From the NCBI RefSeq assembly GCF_027921745.1, contig NC_079239.1:2232001-2296000 (forward strand): a DNA stretch of 64,000 nucleotides. Direction: 5' to 3'. The position numbers were made by a program, and so were the translations under genes. The notes beneath the pieces were generated by a model. That model was not told the DNA's origin, did no database searches, and worked only from the letters and a program-made list of their open reading frames with translations. Each line of letters begins with the position of its first letter. The first letter of the stretch is position 1. Shown one piece after another: positions 42,769-54,100 of the stretch. The DNA is from Schizosaccharomyces osmophilus (lineage: Eukaryota).

Positions 42769-44535
42769 TTACGGCTTTTCAGATTGTACTGTCTGAAGGG
42801 CAGCTTGAGTTAACATGGACAGTCTTCCTTCCAAATCATAATTATGATACTCTTGAGCCTTTTTCAATTGTTGCTTTACCTCTCGTTCAGCTTCCAAAGC
42901 ATGCATATCCCATTCAAGTGCGGCCATCTCATAATGAGCACTGGGAAGAATCCAAAAATCGCGATTAGCTTGTGAAAGATAATCTTTATTCATATTCATG
43001 ACACGGATTAGCCGAGCCCTAGATGATTCATAATTCTTTAGATGTCTTTCAACAACAGCCAACAAAAACTCTTGGAGAGCAACCCCATCGTCTTCAGTAC
43101 ACTGGCATCGCTCAAGCTCGGACCGAAGTATGAGTAAATGCTCTGGATCATTCAAACACCAAGTTACGAAAATGTAAATCAACTCTATATAAGGAGGAAT
43201 ATCCATGGCATCAGCTAAATTAACCTTTAGTTTTGCAGCCCTATCTTCCCATTTTTGCACTTTGCGAACCAAGTACATCTCCACAGGTAGAACTCTCCTC
43301 TTCTTCTTCTGAACCAAAGTCGGTGATTGCTTCAGGTACTCAATCGCTTTTGCCAGATAATTTTCAGACTCTTCTATATTACCTCCATTGTTCTTTAATT
43401 CCCTGGAGTGTTGTAACATACAACAACCGGCAAAGAATCGATAAAATGAGTGCGACCAAGAATTCAAGTCTTCTAAATCTAAAATTGCTTGAGCGGCTTC
43501 CTTAAACTTCCGGATTCCGACAAAAAGCATGGCAGTATCAAAGCCCTTCATGGCAATGATTTGTTCCATGCTGGTATCGACACGAGTCTTTTCTAACTCT
43601 AGTGCTTTTTCCGGATCGCCTCTCAAGTAGTGAAGTTTTCCTTGCATAACGGCCCAAATTGCTCCGTTGGAATACCTCTGCCGTACGTTATCAATTCCGT
43701 CTTGACAACGCCTCAATTCATCAGCATAATCCAATGGAACAATACTAGCAGAACTCTGAACCAAAGCGTTAAAGGCATAAAGACATAGCAACGCAATGGC
43801 TCCTTGCATATTGGAATAGGTGGTGGCTTTCCACAGCAATTGTACCGCGTCCTTTCGCTCACCATGCATGGAAAAAAAAGAAAGCACTCTCATTACGGAA
43901 GGAGATAACAAAGAAATCAAGAATGTTAATACGCCATATCCGGTACTTATACCAGATTCAATAAACTCGTCTATGAATTGAGCATTTGAATTCGTTACTT
44001 GAATTTCTCCAGTTTCCTTCTTTTGCTGAACTTCCCGAACATGCTCCATCATTTTTGTAAATGAAAGAAATGTCTTACGAAGGTGATATGCAGACTTTAC
44101 ATTATCAAACAAAGACCCTGCAACAAAACCTAAGATGGATTGCATAAGAGAAAGATCACAAACACAAAGTTGGTACTCATACCCACCTGGGTAGCTTCCT
44201 ACTCGAAGGTCATGAATCTCCATAAACTTGCGACGTGCTTCAGCTCGCTGTTCTGCTGTATTTAGACAATTCCATGCTTCTTCAATAGCAGTTGGTTCAA
44301 GTCCTAAAATGGCATGATAGAAAGCATTACCGGCCTTACCGATGCAGCTTTCAACTGTATCGCTATTAAATGTTTCTTTCGTTCCAGACACGTCGTCATT
44401 CAACATCAAGTCAAACCCGTGCATAAGTTTGCGCAAACCTGAGACATATTCATTCTCATCGAAATGAGCATCCTGCTTTGCAGGATCGCTCCTGTATAGA
44501 GAAGGGAGCCGAAGGTGCTTGCTGATATTGAACAT
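42769..44535 (-). CDS. Iml2/TTC39-family TPR-like protein
   Basis: About 588-aa helical ORF; YHLRKTF, ESGISTGYG, NSWSHSFY and AHYEMA motifs recalled from Iml2/TTC39. Confidence 0.75.
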   Translation of the reverse strand: MFNISKHLRLPSLYRSDPAKQDAHFDENEYVSGLRKLMHGFDLMLNDDVSGTKETFNSDTVESCIGKAGNAFYHAILGLEPTAIEEAWNCLNTAEQRAEARRKFMEIHDLRVGSYPGGYEYQLCVCDLSLMQSILGFVAGSLFDNVKSAYHLRKTFLSFTKMMEHVREVQQKKETGEIQVTNSNAQFIDEFIESGISTGYGVLTFLISLLSPSVMRVLSFFSMHGERKDAVQLLWKATTYSNMQGAIALLCLYAFNALVQSSASIVPLDYADELRRCQDGIDNVRQRYSNGAIWAVMQGKLHYLRGDPEKALELEKTRVDTSMEQIIAMKGFDTAMLFVGIRKFKEAAQAILDLEDLNSWSHSFYRFFAGCCMLQHSRELKNNGGNIEESENYLAKAIEYLKQSPTLVQKKKRRVLPVEMYLVRKVQKWEDRAAKLKVNLADAMDIPPYIELIYIFVTWCLNDPEHLLILRSELERCQCTEDDGVALQEFLLAVVERHLKNYESSRARLIRVMNMNKDYLSQANRDFWILPSAHYEMAALEWDMHALEAEREVKQQLKKAQEYHNYDLEGRLSMLTQAALQTVQSEKP

Positions 44536-46129
44536 TTTTGTCAATCAATCAAAGTAGTACAAGAGAAAGGTTTTTTCGATAATTAAAAGACACGATGAAA
44601 TCCAGATATAAAATTCTTTTCTACAAGTTAAGATTAGGTTCCAGATAGTAAAACGCAAAAGATATAATGAAGGGATCCAAAAAATTCGTCAAAATTTGCT
44701 AAATATGAAAAGCATAAAAGTGTTCAACAAGTATGCTCATTTAGGAGGATGTACAAGGAGATTAAGTTTTTAACCTCTTTGATTTTCCAGAAATGAAAAG
44801 GAAAAGCTCTAATCAACTATTTTTCTACTAGCTTTACTTTAAGTAGCCTTGAGTAGTTATCAAAGTCCTCTTTTTTTTTTAACTTTCTCAAAGCGTAGCA
44901 ACTAAGCTGTCAATCCTGAATAGTTTTTCAAGAGTATGAAAACGCAAATAGTTTCCGATGCGATTTCACTTCAAAATGTTGCAAATTGCGATTTTGCACA
45001 ACAAACCCTGCAACAATGAGTTTGGCAAAAGGCAGGTTTTTCTTGTTTACGATAATACCATGGGTATCTTGACGTCACCTAAAACCCCGATCCGACTAAA
45101 CACTCGGGTACGGATTTTGGATGCCCGACCTTAGCTAGAATGCCGTGGCAAATACAAATTTCAAGTTTGTTTATTTACTTTTTTGTATTTCTTTGTAGGT
45201 AAAAACAAAAATATTTTAAAATTTTAAATAAGAAATCGCTGGGTTTTGTCGACTAAAAAAGCTCTACGTCGTTGTGCTGGAACGATATATATAATATAAG
45301 AATCTACAACGGTCCTTTTGTTTGTTTACATGAAATCGAAAGGATACCAAAACTAAGAATAGATGAGCACTTGCTTTTCTCTTAATAAGGGAAATATCCA
45401 TAATAAATAGTGTTCGTTTTCCTACTGGACTTCCGCTGTAAATTGCATCTTGTCAAATATTACTACATGAGTGTAAAGTAATTGCATCAGGAATTACAAC
45501 GGCTCATTTGTCGATTTAAAATAAAAATTTATTAAGTATTCAAATGATGGGTTTTCTAAACATACTTGGGAGCTACGAAAAATACATCTAGTACCACTTT
45601 TTACGAATTAATTCCGTCCGCAATCAACATTTCTACAACTCTACAAACAAGTATCACAGTACAAATTTGCTTGAATAGAAAGAAAAATTCTAATCTATTC
45701 ACGGAGAGAATCATTTAGTCGATACCCATAGCAGATGAATGCACAAAGCAAAAAGAAAGTTCGCAACGAGCAATTACGAATTATGGTACAACTTTTATTA
45801 TTGAAAGCTTATTCTTGATAGTAATTAGCTGTTTTTGCATATACCTTATATCCTTCCTTGGCTTTGTATTTTTGAAACAAATAAAGAAATGTAACGTTAC
45901 CCCTAAAGTAACAAAGCAAGGACAGCGAAATGAACATCAATTACTTAAAACAAACTCTCAGCTTGTTTCCTAAGCATTTCTTCTACTACAGTAAATATTT
46001 GGAAAAGAGAATCATTTTCGGATTAGAAAATATAGCATGATCTGTTGCTTATGAAGTAAAATACCCATTGTGGCTTTTATTATATTTGGTAGCAAGTAAA
46101 TTAGAATTAGATATTTCACAAGACTTTAT

Positions 46130-47593
46130 TCAAATAAGTCTCTTTGCCTGTATGACCAACGCAAGAATGCCATCTACTAGATTGTGCCAATTGAAAATCT
46201 GAAAGGTGTACGAAAAGCAAAGAAACCTCAGAGAATTTATACAATAACGGAGCAACTGATAATTAGCCGAAGATATTTTGTTTGTCAATATAGTTTCAAC
46301 AACTTCGGATATCAAAAAAACTGCATAAAAAGAAGGAAATGATTGCTTTGTAGAATGGCATCTCCCAATTATGTTAATACATCCTTCTAATGTCCCTGCA
46401 AGAACCCAATAAATATTGATAAAATGCCAACCAAAAAATTGCACACAGTAGCAAATCCTTTTGACACTAGGTGAGCTTTTAGTTATAAAAACTAAATATG
46501 TCAAGAGTATTGGAAGTACTCTTTCACATAAAACATAAGCGAGTATGAATTTAATTTTCACAAACGCGACTTCTGGTACTTGCTGTACGTAGAAGGGTAA
46601 AGCTAAGTAAAATGAACGTTCGAAGGCTTTGCCAAATATTTGGAAGAAAATGCTTAAAGTAATTAATAAAGAAGAAACTAAGTCATTTCTGTTAAGCCAG
46701 TATTCCAAAAGTAAGCTAAATGGGTATCTCATAAATGCATTCACATTGTACATAAAAAACCAGAGGGTGATGTGAAAGTATAAGGGATTTGACGTCTGAT
46801 GCCAAACGTTCATCCAAACTGCAAAACAGCCAACAAATATCGACACCACAAGAAGCGAAGACTCCAAGCGCTTGGTGTTACTAATATTTCCAAGGTCAAC
46901 ATTTCTGAACGGTTTTTCAAGCTTTTGTAAATGCACCGTAGCCTGGTCGTTTTGGACAGTAAAACTTTTCTTTTCCAAGTAGAACTTCAATGAGACAATT
47001 CTTGGTACTTGGCCTTTGACATACGATCGTATACGCCTGTAAAGCGAAACGTAATCTTTTAAGACTTGCTTAACAGAGAAGTTGCCATCTTTGTTCAAGA
47101 GGCGATTATCATTGAGAACATCAACGAGACTTAATCTTTCGTCCTTGTTGAGATCACTGACATGATGATACAAAGTAAAATTTGGCTCAGTATATTTATC
47201 ATCCAAAGAAACGGAGTTGCGGGATAAATAAGGGACGTCAGCGTCCAAAACATAGGACCTGGATACATATTGGTTTAAAGACTCGGAAGGATTAAATTCA
47301 CAGAAAGGATGACTAGAATCCTGATTAGCGAGGATTTCCTTTTGAAGAACTGAATAATCAGAAGAATCCTTCAATGCTATCGGTCTACCATTAGCGAAGA
47401 TATTCTTTTGAAGAATTGAACAATCAGAAGAATCCTTCATTTCAAGCGGTCTACTATAAGAAACGGCAAAACCGGTAAACGCATCCAAGCTTGTCACGTA
47501 TAACATATATTTCACTCCGAAGATGGCAATAATGATTCCAGTAATCAATATTCCAAGGACGGTGAGAAATAAAACCGCCGTGTCCGTGCTCAT
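46130..47593 (-). CDS. Orphan multi-pass membrane protein with an internal 22-aa tandem duplication
   Basis: Intact 487-aa ATG ORF with an N-terminal TM, a soluble middle and 6-7 hydrophobic C-terminal segments; family not recognised. Confidence 0.75.
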   Translation of the reverse strand: MSTDTAVLFLTVLGILITGIIIAIFGVKYMLYVTSLDAFTGFAVSYSRPLEMKDSSDCSILQKNIFANGRPIALKDSSDYSVLQKEILANQDSSHPFCEFNPSESLNQYVSRSYVLDADVPYLSRNSVSLDDKYTEPNFTLYHHVSDLNKDERLSLVDVLNDNRLLNKDGNFSVKQVLKDYVSLYRRIRSYVKGQVPRIVSLKFYLEKKSFTVQNDQATVHLQKLEKPFRNVDLGNISNTKRLESSLLVVSIFVGCFAVWMNVWHQTSNPLYFHITLWFFMYNVNAFMRYPFSLLLEYWLNRNDLVSSLLITLSIFFQIFGKAFERSFYLALPFYVQQVPEVAFVKIKFILAYVLCERVLPILLTYLVFITKSSPSVKRICYCVQFFGWHFINIYWVLAGTLEGCINIIGRCHSTKQSFPSFYAVFLISEVVETILTNKISSANYQLLRYCINSLRFLCFSYTFQIFNWHNLVDGILALVIQAKRLI

Positions 47594-47755
47594 CCTGATT
47601 TAACTTTTGGAATCAGAATATGAACAACTCAACAATAAACATTTAAGCAATATATTCGGAAAATTAGCAGCACTTAGATTGAGGAAGTAAAGAATTTATG
47701 GTGTCACATAAAGTACAGGTGCTTGTCAGAGAAACCTCTAATATCATTTTGAATG

Positions 47756-48136
47756 TGCCATAATCCATATACGATATTACTAATGCTGTGATATTATTAT
47801 TGTATAAGAATAAGGATTCATGAATGTAATGAGTAAACAAAGAAACTGTTTAGACAGAGAGTCGAAAGAAGACACAGAAAATAGTTTTAGACGAAGAATT
47901 TGTTACAAATTATACAAAATCGCAAATTACCTGGCAATTCTTCAGATTGGAAGATTTGACTGATCTAGCTAAATAAATTGTTCCTACAACTTTGTTAAGT
48001 GAATCAGATCCCTGGAAGCTATTACTATTTCATCTTAGTATTATCTAAGTATCCAATTCTAGTACAATTCTTGTTAAATTGTATATTTTTTTCCACTGAA
48101 TACTTACTAATAAAAAGTGAGACTCAACCTGTGACA
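47756..48136 (+). mobile_element. Diverged solo LTR related to the full-length element, opposite orientation
   Basis: Ends TGCCATAATCC...CCTGTGACA; R/U5 block (CAGATTGGAAGATTTGACTGATCTAGCTAAAT...GATCCCTGGAAGCT) matches the young LTR; no matching TSD seen. Confidence 0.88.
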
Positions 48137-48982
48137 CAGTCAACAATCGAGTTTACTATAAAAAAGGTTGGGAATGGCTACTTTTTAAAATTTTCTAAGA
48201 TATCTTAGTTATATGTTTACTTATTATTTTCATCTTTGACTGAGTTCAACAGCTTGTTTTCATATCTTGATTCATAAATGCATATACGAGGTATTTCTAT
48301 ATAGATCTTCGTAACTAACATAACCACCCATTTCCACGATTGAGATGATATACAGTTTTATCCTAGTTTCACTTTATTCCTTGGTAAAACATTTTGATGC
48401 GACAAGTGTTTAGCGAAAGAAGCAACAGTAAAATTTGTCTATATTGTTGTAATCAATCACTGCAGGATCATATATCTATACACTTCAAAATTCAGCAAAA
48501 TAATTGTTGTGAGCAAGTTACTCAAAGAAATGATGTACATTATGCGCAATCTCGATTAATCGTAGTCGCTTGATGTACAGGGAAGTTTTAATATCGCATC
48601 GAAAAGAAAATATTACAGCACAACCACAAATAGAACACGAGAGCAAAGAATCGATGAATTGAAAAGGTCTCCAAACGAATTTAGTCATCAAGCTGGTCGA
48701 CCTTTATAAACTTGAAAAGACCATGTGAGGTTTCCATAAACCAAGAAAACTAGGCATATCATAATTCAACGAAGGTGTCTGATGCACAAACCATGCTTTC
48801 TTTTTTTGCGAAAAGTAGACTGTGAATGTTAATCCCGACTCAGCCTATTTACAACCAAAACGTGCTGACTTACATAGACCGTATAAAAACATTTTCTCAT
48901 CATTTGATCCTAGAGGAATACGAAAGTTGGAAGAGACTGTTTCTCGAAACAAGGAATACAATGAAGTAGAATTTGAACGAAA

Positions 48983-50023
48983 TCACCAATTAGAGCGACG
49001 ACCTCCGTCAAAACCACCAGGACCATCGAAACGCCCCGTATCATTTCCATACCCATTGAAACCGCCAGGACGTTCCATACCATTTCCAAACTCATTGAAT
49101 TCACCAGGCCGCCCCATGTCGTTCCAATAACGATTGAATCCGCCGGAACTATTGGAAAACCCCGCATCATTACTATAGCGATTGAATCCTCCAGAACCGC
49201 CAAAGTGTCCCATGTTGTTTTCATTACCGCTGAATTTTCCAGGACCATCAAAACGTCCCGCGTCGTTTCCATAATTATCGAATCTATTAGGATCGTCGAA
49301 TCCGCTCATACCTTCGGAAGCGCCGAATCCACCATGATATCCATGGCGACCATGACCGTTAAATCTTTCTTGAAAACCATTTGAACCTTCGTTTGGAAGT
49401 CCAGAACCAAATGATCCACCGGGACCACCAATTCCTCCAGATCCCTCCAAGTTACCAAAATTGTCGTAATTGTGCTTGTGATGTTTATGGTGACCCTCAC
49501 CTCCAAACCCTTCCTGATAGCCAGCAGAGCTTTCAAAGTTCGAGCTAGGTCTCTCATAAAAGGAGTTATTGGGTCTTTCCGTGTTGGATAAAGTGCTCGT
49601 GCCGCCGCCAGTACCAACGGCAGCGGGGTAAGCACCCTGCTGAGGGCGTTGATCCTTATGATGGTGTTTCATAACACTTTCTAAAGCCTGTGCAGCCAAA
49701 CCACCCCCAAGGAAACCGCCCACCTTGTCAACCAGAGGATTTGAAAACATTCCAGAAGATGAATGCTGGTTGCTATTATGAGAATGCGATGGCTGGCTGT
49801 GATGATTTGGTCGAAGTTTGTCAAATATACCACGCTCTCCACCCGTGGTTTCATTTGGAGAAGAAGAAGAAGAAGAAGGGGGAGGAAGATTAAATCCTGG
49901 AACAGGACTCTCCCATTGAGGTGTAGGGTTTTGAGACTTTTCATTCACGTAAAAGTAGCATTTGTACTGTGAATCCCATTGTGCAACCCATCCTTCAGGC
50001 AATCCTTCACGCGTTAGATACAT
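48983..50023 (-). CDS. WW-domain protein with Gly/Phe/Asn-rich repeats (Wwm family)
   Basis: [24 protein letters not shown]...PQWESP WW domain; repeated GGFNxYGND-like units. Confidence 0.85.
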   Translation of the reverse strand: MYLTREGLPEGWVAQWDSQYKCYFYVNEKSQNPTPQWESPVPGFNLPPPSSSSSSPNETTGGERGIFDKLRPNHHSQPSHSHNSNQHSSSGMFSNPLVDKVGGFLGGGLAAQALESVMKHHHKDQRPQQGAYPAAVGTGGGTSTLSNTERPNNSFYERPSSNFESSAGYQEGFGGEGHHKHHKHNYDNFGNLEGSGGIGGPGGSFGSGLPNEGSNGFQERFNGHGRHGYHGGFGASEGMSGFDDPNRFDNYGNDAGRFDGPGKFSGNENNMGHFGGSGGFNRYSNDAGFSNSSGGFNRYWNDMGRPGEFNEFGNGMERPGGFNGYGNDTGRFDGPGGFDGGRRSNW

Positions 50024-50309
50024 ACTTCTTTGTAGTATAAGGAAGAAAAACAAAAATCTGCGGGAATATGAAAAGTATAAAAGTGTTTGCGAATAGCTGA
50101 ATTGGAAAACGCGAGTATTTGTTTATATGCACAGCCTCGAAGTAACAGCCTCGAAGTAACAACTAATATACTAATTTCAATGCAAAGAGTATTCTTTGTC
50201 GATAGATAAACTGTGCAGTATAGCGAATTGTGTAAATATAAAATAGGGATGCCTTTCGAGCATTTTCGAGGTACATGCGGAATCACCCTCACGCCTATAA
50301 GTATATTAG

Positions 50310-50653
50310 TGTCACAGCTGGATTTTTACGCTGTGTTATTATAATGCTGCGTGTATGATTTAAGGGTTGTAAAAAGTTGTATTTGTAAAAGTTGGGCTCT
50401 ACTTAGTTTATACTGTAAGTATTTTCAGGATCCAGTGACTTGAGTAGCTAAATAAACGACAAGGAAAATAATTTAGCCAGATCAATCGAATCTTCCACTC
50501 TGAAAGTTTGTACTTCCAACTTTTAGAAATATATCTTCTAAAGTCGATATCATTGTTCCTTCTGATAAAGTTTCTTTGTTGAAAACTTCCTTTGTTTACA
50601 TCTTGTAATAAGAGTTCTTTTGTATAATTATATTACAATATCCGGCCTTGACA
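50310..50653 (-). mobile_element. Older solo LTR of a related subfamily (about 344 bp)
   Basis: TGTCACAG...TTGACA termini; internal TTTAGCCAGATCAATCGAATCTTCCACTCTGAA resembles the R region of the young LTR. Confidence 0.8.
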
Positions 50654-50658
50654 TTATC

Positions 50659-51053
50659 TGTCACAGGACGAATCTCACTTGTTATGAGAATAAGTATTCA
50701 GTGGAAAAGATGTAAGTAATAACAATTCATAAAATTGTATCTTTGACTTTTAAATTGGATACTTTTGTACTATAGAAGAATAGTAACAGCTTCCAGGGAT
50801 CTGATTCACTAAGTAAGTTGTATGAACAATTTTATTTAGCTAGATCAGTCAAATCTTCCAATCTGAAGATTTGAGCTTTCCATTAGAGGTATATATATCT
50901 TTCTAGGATTAGTCAGCTTCTATATAACTTTAGTTCTAGATTTATAAAATTTTTAATGGCAAAAATGAAAATTTAGTTTTGTAATAACGTATTTGATAAT
51001 ACAATACATTTATTGTATCAAGATATTAGTAATATCGTATACCGGTTATGACA
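50659..51053 (-). repeat. 3' LTR
   Basis: TGTCA...TGACA termini; identical by eye to 55362-55756. Confidence 0.95.
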
Positions 51054-51064
51054 CCTCCCCTCTT
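51054..51064 (-). other. Polypurine tract AAGAGGGGAGG
   Basis: All-purine run directly abutting the 3' LTR on the element's sense strand. Confidence 0.9.
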
Positions 51065-51113
51065 AAGACGCTTTCACTTCCTTGAATTGAAAGGTCTTGT
51101 TTTCCTTGCGGTT

Positions 51114-54100
51114 CTATTGAGATGAAGCGCTGTGGTTAAATTCAACGAGTTTTGCATCTGCTTTCTGTTGAACAATATGAGTGGGGATCCAAGTGACTGA
51201 ACGAAGGTAGTCGTTTGACAGTTTCGTGTGGTATAAACAGTAATAAAGCGAAGGCTTTTGGTTGTTGTCGACGTCTAATATACGGTCGATAGTTATGTTT
51301 GCTAGGAAGTTGTTTGCATGTGAGTCTGCGTTGTATGGTTCGAGTTCAGACACATGAAATGATGCAGGGTATCGTCTTCGTATTTCACGAGGAAAATTTA
51401 AAGTATAGTTGTGTTCTGCAACTTTCTTTTTAACTTCAAATGGTCCAACAAACGTTGGTTCCAGTTTGTTGTGTTGATGAAAGAATCCCACTTTACCATT
51501 CTTAATGAGTACTTGGTCACCGGATTTGAATATCGGCGGTATCTCTGTCTTGCGATTATAGTATTTTGCATAACGTTCATTTGCTTTTCGTATGTGGTTT
51601 CTGATCTCGTGAACAGGTTCTGTTTGTGAGGATAAAAATGATGTACCGAGATCGTTTATCAATTGCAAATCCCATTCTGTTAGTATAGGTTGTATACCAA
51701 ATGCGGCCTTTACAGGGCTTACTTTGGTAGCGCTATGTTCAGCAGAGTTATAACATAACTGTGCTTTCTTCAAATATGTAGCCCAATTTCCCAAGTTGTC
51801 GTGCATATAGCAACGTAAATATGTTTCTACTATTTGGTTAATACGCTCAGTTTGTCCATTCGTTTGTGGATGATATCCAGAAGATAATTTGAGAATTATT
51901 TTATGATCTTTGAGGTATTGTTTCCATTTATCAGAAATGAATACAGGTCCTCTGTCGGAAACGATATCTCTTGGATTGCCGTATACCGATACTATGTGAT
52001 CTTCGAACATTTCAATCAGTTGTTCTGCGGTCGTGGTTGTATTACAAGGAAGAAACCAAGCCATTTTGGTGAAACGATCAACAATTGTTAAGATGGCATC
52101 TTTACCTTGAGATACTGGTAATCCAACGATAAAATCCATAGAATAATGTTGAAACGGTTTTTCTGCAATGGGCAGTGGTTGTAAGTGACCATAGCGTTGG
52201 TGATTTCGAGTTTTACTGTGCTGACATATATCACAATTTTTAACATATTTTTGGATATCGCTTGTCATGCCTTGCCAATAAAACTTTTCGCGAATGCGAT
52301 TTGTTGTGGACAGTTTTCCTCGATGTCCTCCTGAAATAGGATGATCATGGAATTGATAACATATCAACTGAACTAGTTGTGGAACTTTTGGGATGATAAT
52401 TTGTCTTTTATCATTAATGATGAGGCCGTTTATTATTGTATATTGCGGATTGTCGTTGTCTTCATCTAGGATTCTTTGGAACTTTTTGTGATTGGAGTAT
52501 TCTTTGCGAACATAATCGAAAACATTTGTTAGATAATTTGTCTCACTTAGTTGATTGACGGCAGCGACTTTATAATCTGGGCGACGTGAGATTGCGTCTG
52601 CTGGTTCATTCTTTCGGCCAGGTCGATATTGAATTTCGAAATTGTATAGTTCCAATTCTGTTGCCCATCTATTGATTTTGGAACGAGTATCTGTGCGAAT
52701 TTTTGTAAACATAGATGTTAGATTCTTGTGATCCGTTAATATTTGAAATGGTGTTTCTGTGTGAGCTAAGAAATGATACCATTTTCGGAGAGCAGCAATA
52801 ATTGCATAAGCTTCTTTTTCCCATGTTGGCCAAATGCATTGACGATCTGTGAATGTTTCTGAATAGAAAGCTATTGGATGATAAACGTTGTCTTCTTGTT
52901 TCTGCGATAGGATGGCTCCTATGGCAAAGTCGGAAGCGTCAGTTTCTAATCGAGTTTCTTTTGTTGGATCATAGTGTTTTAACATAGAAACGTTTTCTAA
53001 TTCTTTCTTGATGTTGACAAAGGCTTCTTTATGACGATCGGTCCATTTGTATTTGACATTCTTTTTTGTTAAATCATATAACGGTCGTGCCAATTTTGAA
53101 AGATTCGGCATAAATCGTCTGGAATAATTAACAAAACCTAAGAAAGATTGTAGGCGTCGCAACGTATTGGGTTCAGGCCAATTTGTAATAGCTTGAATTC
53201 TTTCTGGGTCAATCTCAAGTCCTTGATTGGAGAAGATATGACCTAAGAATTTGACTTTCTTTTGGAAAAAGGTACATTTCTCTCGATTTGCGTATAAATT
53301 TGCGTCTTGTAGCTTCTGAAATACTTTTCGTAAATGTTCCTCGTGTTCTTTTTCTGAAGAGGAAAATATCAGAATATCGTCCAGATAAACGATAATGAAA
53401 ATTCCAAGGTATGGAAAAAGTACTTTGTTAATATACCTTTGAAAATTTGCTGGCGCATTGGTTAATCCAAAGGGCATTACTTTGTATTCAAATGCTCCAA
53501 AAGGTGTCTTGAAGGCTGTCTTTCGTTCATCACCTTCTCGAATTCTAAGTAAATGATATGCTTCTTTTAGATCAATCGTACTGAAAACTTTGGCTCCGCT
53601 TAGGCAATTTATAATTTCTTCAAAGTTTGGTAATGGATACTTGTCTCTCTTAGTGATTGCATTTAGTGGTTTATAGTTTATAACCATGCGATATTTATCT
53701 GTTCCCTTTTTCGGTACAACTAGTGGAGCGCACATAAAATTTGACGAGCTTTCGCGAATTTTGCCTTGACTTAATAATTCTTGTACTTTTTCTCTTATTG
53801 TTGCAGATTCTTTTTGTGTATATGGCCTTAATTTCGGTGCATAATCTGGTAGTTCGTTTGTGAGTTCGATTTTTAAATCACTGTCTGAGTGTCTGGGTAA
53901 AGGAATGTCTGTAACTTCTGTGAACACTTTGTTGAATGATTTTAATATATCTTCAACTTTTAGACTTTCCTTGTTGTTGTTATTCTTTTCCTCCTTTGTC
54001 TTGTTGCCATATAAAAAGTCTAAACTTTCCAATTTTTTCAGGAGGCTCCATCCGATGAGAACTTCGTTTTCTGAAGTCGGAGTAATTATAAACGTTTCGT

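Noticed and set aside
45070..45077. CRE site TGACGTCA upstream of the Iml2-like gene
   Set aside because: Single 8-mer; a plausible Atf1/Pcr1 site but not supportable alone.
47751..48141. TSD around the solo LTR
   Set aside because: Flanks GAATG and CAGTC do not match; the 50310 LTR flanks (ATTAG, TTATC) also differ.
48990..49300. Repeat array that could superficially suggest CRISPR or a minisatellite
   Set aside because: Imperfect in-frame coding repeats in a eukaryotic gene, with no constant repeat and unique spacers.
50131..50161. 14-bp tandem duplication in the WW-gene promoter
   Set aside because: Two copies only; not a TSD of any visible element.
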